DNA of 63,633 bases, filler included, from Choristocarpus tenellus KU-1152 (GCA_964200185.2; 12 parts of 12 records of this genome joined end to end with filler, not necessarily neighbours in it); one strand, 5' to 3'; positions 21,067-34,748 are shown, counted from the first letter of the whole stretch. Notes: generated by a model not told the origin, from the letters alone. Numbers and translations are program-made.

Positions 21067-23200
21067 CTCTTCTTGGGGGGTAATTGTGGAATAGGGTTGG
21101 AGTGACCGTTCCTCATGTGTGGGAGGTGGGTTGCAAAGGAAGAGCAATACTTGAGTCTACAGTTGTGCCCCGAGAAATAAATCATGATGGCCAGTAATTT
21201 TTTGTACAATTGTTTGGGTGTTTCGACCCAGGATGGCGTCAGCTAAATGAAGGATTTTTTCAGGAGGCAGGATGTGACGTCCGAAACTGTGTAGAAAAAA
21301 GCATGCTTAAAACAATTGTTATTTGTGAGAATGAGCGTACTACATGGTAGTAGTTGTAGTATGATTACAAAATACCTTTTTGTCTATTTGTTCATGTCAT
21401 TTTTTAGTCACAACTTTTTATCGTGTATCAAGTACAAGTAGAAAACCGAACGCAGTCCTTGATTGATGTCAGTCACAGGAAGAGTACCATTATTGTTGTA
21501 CAGTAGTTTGTTTTTGTTGCTATTGGTTGGTGATGTGATCAATACGTACATAAGATTTTTCAGTCATGAATGTACTGCTCTGCGATTATGTTATTAAGAT
21601 CACAAAATGAGACAGCGCAACAGGCGGACATGCACATTTAATTGTATACCAAGTGTGTTTTTGGTTGTCCCGAGTCTTGGCAGTATCTGTCCAAATCGTT
21701 CGGGCCTTGATTCAGGTAGAAAAAAGATGTACCTCGAATTGCGCGAAAAAGAATCTTCAATTCAGTATAGGCAGACCCTCGCTCCTGGAGGACCTTGAAA
21801 GCATACTCTGGTAATAGTAAATATGTCAATCCATGCTAAGTACTCAAATAACAGATAGCTGCCATCTGTCTCAATGAGTGCAAGGCACACAAGAGAATCT
21901 AACATTCTATCACAGCTTTTCTCTGAATCATCAGTTGACCGGGGCTGTGAACAGGCCCACAGCCTTGTCCAGGTATGATCTCGATGGCCTTGGCCTAGTC
22001 ATGTTAAGACATCATCCACCCTGGCCAACCCTTGAACCAGTCTAGTTTATGATCTCAATGGTTCCAGCCCTGTCAACACATATTTTACCCAAGTTAGTCT
22101 GGTGGCCTCTACATTGGGTACTGCTCTAACACATTTTTACTCAGATCATCCCCAAGACCGATCTCACCACATTTACCCAGTCTGGAGAAAGCCTTCACTG
22201 CATCATACATATTATGTTGCAGGGCATTCAATGAATTGTGTATTGTACACTGGGGATAAGGGTCCGCTTGTTGTTTGCCTTCAAAAGTTGGTTGAGTATG
22301 AAATTGAAAAGGAGAGGCAATTGGGGTAAATCCATACATGTAGTTTTACAAGGGTGAAGTGATGAGAGCTAGCTACCGTTGGTGTTGTGTGCTAGCAATA
22401 TTATCCAAAAGCCTTGACATGGATGTACCATCTTTGGGTACCTACCACCTCACACTGAGTGAGAGGTTCATCTGAATTTTTGACATTGTGTAACTCGAAA
22501 CATCCCCAGGCAGTGAGTGAGGTATTTCCTAAGTAGTAACCCTATTTTTTTGTCCCTCTTTTACTATGGTCAACCTTGTTGCTCATTGTTGTACAGTTCT
22601 TATTCTTGTATAAGAAAGATGTCCTCGCTTCTTCCAACTGTGACAGGGTGTATACCTCTCTGTGACAGAAGAAGCAAATTGCAATGTATTGTGAAAATAC
22701 ATGCACCATTTGTTCAACATGATATGGAATGATCCACTTTAAATATTAATTCTTTCAACTGCGGAAACAGGAGGGTCAACCCCTTGTAGGGGGTGTTTAT
22801 AGTGAAGGAATGAAAAGGGCGCAATAGGGTACATAGTAGCCTATTATATGCTGCTTATAAACTGCATGTGAATGTTAGAAGTAATTATTGTTCTTCAAAA
22901 CAGCCTCTACTTTCCTTGACAAACACGGAGGGACAATCTCCACTTCAGTTGGATCAAGGAGTGTTTAGAGAAATGGATTGGTCCCTGTGTCACTGGTGTG
23001 TTACACATTCAACCTNNNNNNNNNNTCACCAAACATAGCACATCTCCATACACATTGCCTACAAAAAAATATATATGTCGTTCTTCACTCCAAATTTATT
23101 TTAGGCTGTTTAAATTGCCTTAAACACAACTGTTTGATTTCCTGCTCACACAAAGCCTGCACAATTTGCTGGCACTCTTCTCTGTTTCAGAATAATAATA

Positions 23201-23377
23201 GGCTCAAAAGTATCTGCGGTGGGGGGGGTATATACCAGGGTCTCCATTAGGGCCCTGACCAGGAAAAGTGCACTTACATTATCCATCTGAAGAATGCAAC
23301 CAAATCACCCAAAAATTACGACATGGAAAAATCGTCCCTGAATGGATAGCCGCCTCCCTTCCCAGATACTTTGAGTC
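23201..23377 (+). mobile_element. MITE family A, complete copy (177 bp)
   Basis: TIRs GGCTCAAAAGTATCTG / CAGATACTTTGAGTC with inner inverted TCCATT / AATGGA boxes. Flanked by AATA on both sides, a possible 4-bp TSD, but the left flank is an AAT repeat. Confidence 0.85.
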
Positions 23378-24147
23378 AATAGAGTTTCGGTGTAGTGATG
23401 TTACATTATGAAATAAGAATGAACCTGTTGGCGGTATACTTGAAAATCGTTGTAACGTTCAGGTAAAATGCATAGAATTATATCCTTCTATTAACATCCT
23501 TTTTTCTTTAGTGGAATTCCAGAATTCCCAGACTAGTTTGCCAGCCCACTAAGCTACATACTTCAGTCTTGAATGTTTCTATTAATAGTAGACCACATGA
23601 TTAATGTGTATACCTAACAATTACATTTAGATTGAGGTTGTAATAAATAAAGAGTACTGGAAGGTATCGACACTGTAGTATATCCTTCTCTGTTTTCCTT
23701 CTTTTTATTAGTACAAATACACAGCACCCTGTTCGTGTTATGAATAACAGTAACTTTGGGGTAGGGCCCCCATCACATTTCTCATTGCCAATGCATGTGT
23801 CAAGGGTGGGACTAATGTCGCAAATGAGTGAGCTTGTTTCGAGTTGGAAGTAGTGTTTCAAGCAAAATTTACTGTCTTGTTCTGTCCATCATACCATGTA
23901 CAAAACGCCTTAAATATGCATGTTACAGTTTTCAACTATAGCAATAGCTCTCTATCACCTGACAAGCCCACATGTGGAATAATAGTTGAGGTCTCAGTAG
24001 GATATCAATAAAACTTAGGAACCAGCTACAAGTGCCTAGAGGAAGGTGCTGCTTACTCCACTCACATGATTCCAACATTCACTTTTGGCTGCCCTGTTCA
24101 CCAATGCAAAATAAGCAAAAACATCTACAGCATTCAACACACAACCT

Positions 24148-27100
24148 CTACGACTTGAACCCTGCCTGTTCAGCAGCAAAGTCAAGCAAACCATCTTCCC
24201 CAGTCACTTCCCCTCCATCATCAAACAGGGCCCCTACACTTTCTTCCCCCAGTGCTTCTCCTGGGTCAACCCCTTCCAGGCTTGCCGATGCTACCTCTCC
24301 AGCAGCAACTGCTGCCTCCTCTGCCATGAGCCTATCAAACTCATCAGGGTCCTCCGACTATCATAAAAATTTCAAGATTCAAGTCACCACAAGGGTGCAG
24401 ACGGTGCATCAGGCATGGAGAACAGTGAGTGAGGTTCCCAGAAGAGGAGCAGATTGTACAATATACCAGAACTCAGGACTTAGTCTAGGTCAATGTCGGT
24501 ACTACTTCCTAGTTTAAGTTTTCAGGGGTACACCTCTTTTTTCTTTGTCCTGGAAACAAAATTATCCCCAAACATCTTACCACCCTCACAAATTTAATCC
24601 CAAATACATCCCCCTTCAACTCACCGTGGCAAGAACCCAGATCACAACATAACAGATCATGACCACCTTTGCCAAATCCATTGCATCCTTCCAAGTTGTT
24701 CCCTCCATTGATGCCCGCAGAATTCCCGGTGCAAAGATGAGAAGCATAATCCGATCCCACAGGAAGGCTGCCACAATGTCCAAGCCAAGCATAGCCAGAA
24801 TAGTGTTGCGGAAGGAGTCATCCGGGAAAGGCTCCAGCTGCAACCACTTGTTCAGCTGACAGGGCATCATAGCCCCAGCAGGAGATTCAATATTATGCAC
24901 AATTATTATTACTGATGTAGCGGATGCAAGCAATTAGTCAAAAATGGGGGTGGCTGGGTGGGAGTGGGGGATGTAGCAGGGGGTGTGTACATATCATTGA
25001 ATATGGTATGAAAGCATTTTCAATTTGTCTGTCAAGGCTTTTCAAACCAATCTCCTATGGTAAATATCAGGGCTTTTATCGACCTGGGCAGTTAGCATTT
25101 CCATCATCACCCATGTCAAGGACCGGTCTGAGGCCCAGCCATGTTGAGAGATGGCTATGGACTCAGCAACGTTATAACATTTTATCTATGGCTGGTCAAG
25201 TAGTTTTTTCTTTACTCAGGCCGGCCATGTCATGGCTATGCCTTGTACTTTATATATTACCACTCTTCTTGAATGATGAATTCTACATTCCATATTTCTA
25301 CTGAAAATATCGGGAGAATATAGTGATATTTCTGTATTATTTTACAGTTTTATTTTAAATGTTAAAATTGTAAATTTATTACAAATACATTGTTGGGTGT
25401 CTAAGGTGATTTGTGATATATCTCTCTTTGTGTGTATGTCTCACATTCACACTTGTATAACACATAGTGGACAAGATCCGGACATGCCAGAATAAAAATG
25501 AACTCATAGGTGGCCATATTCCACACAAGCAAGGGAATATGTTAGACTGGCCGGCCAGTGGACATGGACCAGTACAATATCCTATGGAAATGGTCTGGAC
25601 ATGTAAGAGAACACTTGACCTGGTCTGGCTGGCAGACATGGACTGGTTCAATACCCCTAGTAAACTTAGACCAGGACAGGTTAAATAATTGTGGAACCAG
25701 TGCAGACATGGATAAGGACTGGTTCAATACCTAGAGGACATGGACCAGTACATGTTGAATAATTGTGGGATCGGTCTGGCCAGTGGACAGGACTTAAATT
25801 TGCTGACCCGGTGAAAAACCCTGGTAATTATCAATCTCAGCATGATTCCAAACGCAACTACAAGGGATTTGATGCCGACAGGGCAGGCAGATGCACAGAT
25901 ATGTGTGTGTATAGTGTGTGTGTCTCTATGTCTGTCTCTATAGCTGTGTCTATGCCAACCAGAGAGGTTGAGTGATACACTGAAACCTCTTTTCTTTCCA
26001 GAAGAAACATGATAGCAAATCATTGCATCTCAATACTCGGAACCGCAAAAAACATCAAAAAACATAAAGGGACCAAGACAACAGGAAGACCCCAAGTCAT
26101 AGCACTCACCCTGGGAATGGTCTCGCTTGCACTCATGAAGGTCAGTGCAAATGTAGCAGCCAGGGAGTACAACAGGGGCTTGTTTTGCGACAGGCCGCCC
26201 ATGAAGGGACGACCCTTGAGATTCACCACAAAAACACTTACCTGCAAAATCGCATCACAATGGCAGGAAGCACTCAAAACATGTCACTACTTCAAACTAG
26301 GCACAAAAAATGTAAAAAAAGAAATATCTGAAGAGGCAGGGAGAAAGGAGTGACAAAGCATTACCAACACCTGATGCCCCTTTCAAGACTCCAGACATTT
26401 ATTTTGCAGTCCATTCCGATCCCCTTTATCCTTCCCAGTTCTTGCCTGCTGTACAGCTCCAACCAGAAACACAACAGAGTTGATCATGTTAGGCTGGAAA
26501 TCCCCATCCAGATCTGGTTCGTACCCTTCTGGCAGGTGCTCCTTGCTCAGCGAAACCACATACACCATGCAGACTAGATGTAGGGCAAACTGTCCAAGGA
26601 TGGACAAAAACAGGGCCGGATGGAAGATTGACGTAATGGGCCTTACAGGACTCAGCTTGTTCAGAGGCTTGGCACGACTGATGGTGATGAAGGACACGGA
26701 CATGAGCATTCCCAGGGCTGTCATTTGGCGATCTCCATACTTCACACCATCCAAGTAGAGGACAGACAAGGAGTATGCAGATATCAGGCAGTTCAGCGCC
26801 AGAATCTGATTTGTAGAGTGGGAGTGGCGGCGAAATGGGGGAGAGGGAGTTATGTTCAGTGAAGCAGCAGTGGGAACCTTCTGGTAAAAAAAAGAGCCAT
26901 CCCTTTCACCAAGGCTTTCACATACAGCATTTACAGTCAGATGAATAAATCAATAATCAGCATAGGAGATCATCCTTTCATATAGCTGACCAACAGTCCC
27001 CCTCCCCCAACACCACCCACCCACCCACCTGATACATTTGAATAGAAGTCACAAGGGTACACCGTCCCTGTCGTATGATGTCCACCGTGCCCTTAATACT

Positions 27101-30100
27101 AGGCAGCTTCGAGGTGAACGGAGCTGCCACACTTGCATCCCCAATCTTGATTGATGCAAGCAAAAATGCCAAGAATAGATCGTAACACAGTTTACTTGTC
27201 AGTTATTGTTAAAACACTGTACATCAACTTTGGGGAACAATTTTATAGTGCAAATGGTTAAGCCAAAAGCATAACCACTAAAAATACTGCCAAGCCGGAG
27301 GAAATCAACCAAAATCAGTAGTACTGTGCTGCACAAAGGCACCATTAAACCCCCTACCAAATGGTTTAGCCTGGTGGTCAACCTAATGGCTAGTCTGTTA
27401 CACACTGTGCAAAGTATGACTTGGAGTATTCACATAGGAAAAGGACTGAACAAGACGTTCTTCAGTTCTATGGATCTACTATAGACTTTACTTCATGAAA
27501 TGTAACGGACCCCCCTATCTGAATACCTCATCCAAGTCACACACAGTATAAACATTACAGTAGCACAATACTCTCAGGAGCACAAAAAGGCTGCAGGCCA
27601 AATGACCCGACCAAATTGAAACAGTTGGAAAAGGAACGATCCTCTTAAAAAGTGTAACTGACATGCCGACATACCGACCAGCCATGTTCAAATACTTCAC
27701 AGGTGTTGGTTGTATTCCGTAGGGTACATGAAGTGCCCCTGACCACAGTGCTAGTCAGGATGGAGGTAGTGGTTCAAAGTCCTAGACCAAAGTGAGAAAA
27801 TATCAACAAACAAAAAAATCAAGTAACTGCCTTTTCAACATGAAAAATGCCTGATCAAGGAAACTCAGCACACCATATCCACCAATAACACACCTTGACC
27901 ATGGGGACATCCCCCCCAGCTTCTTCTGCCCCTGCACTATCCATCATGGTGGCAATACGTGCGGCCGATGCCTCGATACTTCCATTCTTCTTCCTCTCAT
28001 CTCTTTGGGTCTTGCTCTTCTCTGCCTCCTCTGCATATATCTCTTTCATTGCCTATTAATAGTAAAAAAAAGGACAAAAGAAGGGAGCAAACGTGGCAGT
28101 AGTATAGCGACAGTTACTCTGTCTACAGGCAGACAACATACAACAGTGTAGAGACAGTTAATACACAACTTCTTGGAATTATCAACAATAGCTTAATGTA
28201 ACTGTATCACCATTAGAGGACACCCAATAACAACACAACACATACAGAGAGCATTCATTCCTGTCATCACATACCCTGGCACAAACAACACAAGCATCAC
28301 CTTAAAGGCTGCCCAGTTCTCCCCCCTGGCATTTAGTTCTGCCACCCTCTGATGATACCTCTCCACCTGCACCAACAAAAAAATACATCATTGTGGAATG
28401 GGCAAGAAACAATCCATATCAGGTCTTTCACACACATACTTCAAGTACACTGTCATTATTTTGTCCCAGTTCCCCTTTCAGCTCAAATATACAAATTATG
28501 TGTGTCTTACAACACCTCAATTCAGGTGGAACCACTTTCCCCATAAAAAAAGTGCCAACAATGCTCGTCCAGACCACCACAGGGCATCACCATAAAAAAA
28601 GTGCATTCATTGCTCATCCAGAGCACTACAGGGCACCACCAAATGCTACAATCAGTACGAGCGGGCATTCTCAGGGAAGCTGGCCATCACACCTTTTCCT
28701 TCTGCGCTTCAGCACGCTTCTTTGCCATCTCTTTCTTCCTCTCAGCCAGAGACATTTGTTGGGATCCAGAACCAGCCTTGGTCACCAAGCCATCTACACC
28801 AGCCTTTGAGGCATTCTGCTGGACCTTAGCACAGTAAAGCTCAATGAGGTCCTGCAGTTACAGGTAGAGCATTTTCGTGTTCTCATCATCACATGTCATC
28901 GTTGAGAAACCATGGTGACGATATATGAAGGGGGTAAGGAGGGCAGCAAATGTTGTCTTCTCACTGCCAATGCCATCAGTGAAAAATCACAATGAGAATA
29001 TATGAAGGGGGGCAGGAGGGGGGACAGTCGACTGATCTTAGTTCACGGTCTATGGATGTAATACAGGCTGTCTGCTGTTTGTTTGACAGTTACTTCATGT
29101 AGAGCAATGGTGGGATACAGTGAGAGAAAGGCTGTGCCTTGGCACTGAAAGTTCCTGAAATAAAAACAGTCTCCTCCTACTTCAATGTTGGGAGGGATTG
29201 ATGACCCATCTTAAAAAGTACTCGAGAAATTGTAACATACTTGTACACAGTAAGTTACATACACAGAAGTCACAATACAATAAAAGAAAACAGTGAGAAT
29301 TTTCTAGAGGGATTTAAAAACAGCAAAAATAACAGCAAAAGCGCACTGTTGGCAACAATGCGCAGGCAGAAGAGGAATTGAGTCTTTCGCAGAGAACAAT
29401 TTGGAGAACAATTTAGAGGACATTTGATCAATGTTGAACTGAAACAAACACAATCGTAGCAAGAAGGAAGTAGATCAATACAAAAAGTCAAAACAGTGAT
29501 TTAGCTTTCACTGAGAAAGCATGCCCTGTTCAAGTCTTCACTGAAACCTATTAATATTACCAACTTCAACTGGAGAGGAATATTCACAGCAAGAAAAATC
29601 TCACAACTTCTAGAAGAAAATAAATATTTAAATATCATTATTACTGCACGATATCAAATTGTAATTACTCTTAGAACAAAACTCTCATGTTCCTCCCATT
29701 CACCAATACTGTTAACTGCTAAAGATATGAAGTACTCTATTAAGGTTAGGGTTGAAGCACCAGCAACAAGCACCTCACTTCCCTGGTATCAGGGGGATCC
29801 ATCATCAAAGAAAAATTGATTCATAATAAATATAAAATATCACACACAAAAAACAAGTATATATTAAGTTTTTAAAACTAGTAAAAGAGTAAAATGTAAC
29901 AAAAAAATAAAAATATAATAAGAAGAGCGTGCGTACATGTAACGGAAACATACTAGTTAGGTGGTAAAGTGGTAAAGTATCATGAGATGCTAGTTGACAA
30001 GAGTCTTTAAGTGTGAATAGCCATCACTACTCCCTGTTGGTCAAGGAAGGGGAATTATTGTGGCACATGTGGGGTGGCACCGTTGACCAGCACCAAAACG

Positions 30101-31166
30101 CCTACAATTACAACAAAAGCACGACTCACAGCACCTCACTTGCAACAACAAAAAATTTCAAAGTCTTACAAAGAAAAGAAGGAGTGTCACACAAAAATCT
30201 TACATAAAAAAAGCCTTCCAGAAAAGCACTAGAATATACCTTTTTCTCAACAATTCCTGGATGCCGTGCCAGATCCACCCCGACCTCCTTTAGTTTCCTC
30301 TTGAGATCAATTACACGCAAGCGCTGTAGCTCCTCTATCTGAGACCTAGTCAATAACCCTCCACCTGAGCCCCCACCTCCTGCTGTCCCTCCTCTATCCA
30401 CATTGAGGTCTCCAAAGCCACTGAGAAGTGCAACACCAACCTGCCACCGTTCATAGCAGTCATTATTAATAATATTTTGCTTCAATCATACTTTCAGTGC
30501 AATCCAAAAAATTCTAAAGAATTGGAATCTCTAGTATGTAAACAATAACAAAGCATTGCAGTAACTTCGATTCAACATGTGTATGACACTTTAATAACCA
30601 TAACTAGAAACAAAGCATGTACATTAGAAATTATCACTCAAAACATTTCTTCCTTTCTACCAAAGAGATACCGAACTTGGTAAATAGAGTATATATACCA
30701 ATATTCTATGATAACAGTACAAATTTACAAAGATATTGAATGAAAGTTCACACCTGGGCCTGCTTGAGAGCGCCAACATCATTCGCCCCATCCCCACACA
30801 TCATGCAGACCTTCCCGTAGTCCTTGAGGGATAACACTAGCCGCTCCTTCTCATCAGGGGTCATCCTTGCAAACACCTTGATATGGTGCAGCTCTTGTAC
30901 AAGCCCCTCATCCTCCTCCAGCGCTCTTGTAAGCACCTTACCAGTAACTGCCAATGTGAACCCACCCTCCCCCCCCCAGCCATTGCTGTCACCCTGGCCC
31001 CAGATTTTCCTCCAACCAGGTTTGGCACACAACCCTTCTCGTAGCGTACTACTGCCTCTCCAGATTCATAGCTGGACCACCATAGGCCATCATCCCCCTT
31101 CGACTCCAGGATGAGGATTGGCAGGGACGGGGAGCTTGTAGAGGCATCCCGCTTGGTGATACCCAC
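24148..31166 (-). CDS. ATP13A1: P5A-type ATPase (ATP13A1/Spf1-like), 3' part (5' partial)
   Basis: Exons 31166-30754 (one-base frameshift in the assembly), 30440-30240, 28851-28693, 28366-28301, 28052-27894, 27145-27029, 26805-26446 (GC donor), 26241-26110, 24855-24625, 24357-24148. Motifs: [86 protein letters not shown]. Confidence 0.92.
25068..25823. mobile_element. Non-autonomous hAT-like element (756 bp) in a P5A-ATPase intron
   Basis: Termini CAGGGCTTTT ... AAAAACCCTG. Flanked by GTAAATAT (25060-25067) and GTAATTAT (25824-25831), an 8-bp TSD with one mismatch. Internal subterminal repeats GGACATGGACCAGTAC and GACTGGTTCAATACC. Confidence 0.72.
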
Positions 31167-31433
31167 CTTTGACAGAGATAAGGGGAGTTGTCACAACAGA
31201 AATAGATCATTTGGAGGGCAAACAGGTGTTTGTGAGTACCACATCTTGGACCCTTTCCCCCCGTCTCACTCTCCTGCAGTACCCCCAACCCCACTAATCG
31301 CCCAGAAAAACACTTCACAAAACAACACACCACNNNNNNNNNNNNNNNNNNNNNNNNNNNNNNNNNNNNNNNNNNNNTTAATTAATTAANNNNNNNNNNN
31401 NNNNNNNNNNNNNNNNNNNNNNNNNNNNNNNNN

Positions 31434-31479
<46 letters not shown>

Positions 31480-32869
31480 GGGGGGGAGGGTTGTTAAGGG
31501 TTTTTGTTCCTTTTTTCCCAATCATTTTTTTTTTTCTAATCTCCCTAGCCAGTACTTGGGAATAGTGCAAGACCGCTACTGCTGCATACCTCTGTGTGTG
31601 TGTGTGTGTGTGTGTGTGTCTGTGTCTGTGTCTGTGTCTGTGTCTGTGTTTTTTTTTAAGAAACAGTCACAGCTGGTCCATTACTGTGAAAATTTTCCGT
31701 TGGTTCAGAGAGGACAGTAGTGGTAGAGAGGTTGGCCATGGGAAATGGATTTCTTTGGGTGGAAAGCTTCTAAGAAGGGGGTCGATTTTGAAATTTTGTT
31801 CCCCTGAGTTTGGACGGGATTTTGAAAGATGTGTGATATTCACCATTCCCATGCCCGGCATGGAGTCAACCCTAACCCTTAGGGTTGTATGCTGGTGGAA
31901 GAGAAGATTAGTAATGGTATGTATCGCATTGTTAACTGAAAATGCCCTTCCACAGTAGTGCTCGAAATATACCTACAACGAAGTAATCATTGACTCAACA
32001 TCACTCCCCTCTCCGATGGAATCAATCTTTATTTTACTTTTGTGTGTGTGTGTGTGTGTGTATTTTTTTTTATTCTGTTCTTTTTTATTTTTTGTTAGCC
32101 AACTCTTTCAAACGAACTTTGAATCATGACCAATAGATCGGGTAGACGATCGGTTTTCAATACAATATAGGTTTTAATGTAGTAGTTGTTTGCATAACTT
32201 GGGAGCAAAAAAAAAAACGGAATACATTTCCCCTCCTTTTTTTTGCATTTTTGTCGTTCTTTTTTTTGCGTTGATTTCTCTTTGAATCTGATATTCTTGT
32301 TCTCCTGAACTCGATCTTATCTCATGGGAGCAGAGGAGGGAGATTTAAAAAATACGTTTGATGTGCGTATTATTGTACGCGATAATTTTCTTTTCTTTTG
32401 AATAAATAATAATAATAATTTGCAAAGGTTGTACGATAAGACTCAATCTTGAAACAGGAAAATATATTTATATATTTATATTTATATTTATATCGGACGG
32501 GCATAATCTTCGTGTGTGCCCTCACAGGTACACTCTGGAAAGTGTTCCCGAAGGCAGGCCATATCAATGACAACTTTGGACATATTTCAAAAATCAAATG
32601 AGCACACGTAAAATATACATACTTGGTGTATTATCTTTAAAACATCCATCCATCCATCCATCCATCCTTATATATATATATATATATGTATACATAACCG
32701 AACTCTTGGTGTTGCTCAGATGAGGGCATTGATCGACTCTTGGAAGCAGGAAACTCAGTGTTGTATCCCCCTCCCCCACCCCCTCACGAAAACCCCAATA
32801 TGCCCTCTCTTCCTGTGACTGGCAACTTGTTTCTCATCCTTGACTCTGACTAACTACAAATAAACACAG

Positions 32870-33617
32870 CTCTCGGGGGAAGTCCTGGCGGACCTGGGGT
32901 TGCCTGGTGAGGCAGAGTTCCGTTTCAGAGCCTGCCTTGATGCCTGTGCCGGTAGCACCCTCCCCCCTTCCAGTGCATTCCTGGAACACAAGAAGGGAAG
33001 GCGGCGTGGGGGCAGGGTCCCTGTCCCAAGCTGGATAGATGAGGAGGAGACCACAGGCCATGTGAGAACTGGCTCCAGGTCTGGAGGAGGACAGGGAGGT
33101 GGGACAACAGGGGGAAATGAAGGGAGTTCAGGATGTACAGTAGGCGGGATCAGGAGTGGAGGTGAAAGATCGGGGAACAGTAAGGGCCAGGGTAGGGGGG
33201 ATGGGGACGGGGTACAAGGAGAGCAGGAGGGTACAGGTGGGGGAGGGGGAGGGGGAGGGGGAGGGGAGGGGATTAGAGCAAGGAGAATGTCGATGTATGA
33301 ATCGTGTCCCACTTCAGATCTTTCTTCGGGAAGTGCTGGAAGCTCTGGTGGAAGTGGCAGCAGCTCCTGGGTGCCACAAGAGGCAGTGGGAGTAGTGACA
33401 CGAGGTCTAGCTCCTGAGACAGCCTCTAGTGCTCCCCGGACTTCACCACGGCCCTCTACCCCAGCCTTATCAGGTGGCTTGGTGACGCCCAAGAGAGGTG
33501 GGGAGGAAGGAGGGGAGTTTATCAGGGATGGGTTGGCTCGTGCGGCGAGGTTGGGTCTTGCTTCTGCTCTCGGGGAGCAGGGGAGGGCCGAGGAGGCGTT
33601 GGTTCTGTATAAGGAAG
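32870..33617 (+). CDS. Internal exon of a probable TPR-repeat protein with a long Gly/Ser-rich insertion
   Basis: CAG acceptor after a CTGACTAAC branch-like site, and a GT donor at 33618. Helical TPR-like segments LSGEVLADLGLPGEAEFRFRACL and LGLASALGEQGRAEEALVLYKE flank low-complexity sequence. Confidence 0.55.
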
Positions 33618-34165
33618 GTATGGGTTGCAAAAAACAGGAAAAAAAGGTCATGTTTCATTTATTCATTTTTTGGGGGGGGGTGGGGGGAACTTGATATTAT
33701 TTTGCAAATGCCTCCGTATCTATATGTATTGATATTTTTTCATTCTACTGGTGTGGTGGTGTGCTTGTCCTTTTTTTTTTTCACTGTTTTAAAAATTCAG
33801 AGTATGTCTGAGGTTTTTCTTTTTTGGGGTATATTATGGTATTGGGACTAATAGTGTGGTGGGTCATTTTGTAATGATTCCCGTAATGAAACATGAAACT
33901 GAAACAAGAGTGTCGAGTTAGTCAATATCTTAGTTAATGTATTAGTCAATATCTACTTTTCTTGCTTCATGGGGGGGGGGGGGGTGGGCAAACAGCAAGC
34001 GGTTTCAATTCTNNNNNNNNNNNNNNNNNNNNNNNNNNNNNNNNNNNNNNNNNNNNTTAATTAATTAANNNNNNNNNNNNNNNNNNNNNNNNNNNNNNNN
34101 NNNNNNNNNNNNTTCAGCCGTGTGCTCTTCCGACCCCCCCAATATCCCCCCCAATAATGCAAATG

Positions 34166-34748
34166 TTAGAGTCCCCTCCCCCCCCCCCCCCCCCCCCCCT
34201 GCCCAACCACATTGACCTCTCCCTCCTCTCCTCCCTCTTCCTCCTCTTCTACCAGGCGTGTCAAGCCCATTCCTGTCATGCTCCCCATACTCAGTCCAAC
34301 CTCTCCTCCTCCCCCTATATTCCTTGCACCATTGTCTGTATGTTCAGAAGTGACAGTGCTGGACCCTGTTTGAATAACTGGCTCAGACCCTTGGGAAGAG
34401 AGTCCCCTCTGTCCTGCAGCCCCTGTAACAAGCACAGATGCAGGGCCAGAACCTCCTCCGGGTTCAGCCTCCTTGACCAATGACTGCGTACTTATCTTCT
34501 GTCCACGTGGACTTACTTGCCCTGTCATTTCTGTAGCTGCTGCCGTAGACACAATCGGTTCTGCAGGATCCAGTACACCATGGGAGGCATTTTGTGCATC
34601 TCCTGCACGCAAAGAGGAAGGCGTACTAACCGTGCTGGATGGATGTACCCCATGACCCTGGCGGTGCATTGAATTTACGACTGTCTCCTCCTCCCCTTCT
34701 TCCTCCTTGTTGGCATCTCTACCATGACTGTTGTTGCTGGTCTGAGGG
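34166..34748 (-). CDS. Probable low-complexity exon of an unknown gene
   Basis: Open frame of about 190 codons (NKEEEGEEETVVNSMHRQ...GEEGEV) preceded by a GCTAAC branch-like site and an AG. No recognisable domain; boundaries uncertain. Confidence 0.35.

Noticed and set aside
31434-31545. 45-nt poly-G and adjacent T-rich sequence as a regulatory G-quadruplex
   Set aside because: It is at a contig edge and looks like low-quality sequence after a homopolymer. The same applies to 39588-39681 and 42600-42677.
32854-33651. 265-aa Pro-rich minus-strand ORF
   Set aside because: It is the antisense shadow of the G-rich plus-strand exon, which has splice signals and TPR-like helices.
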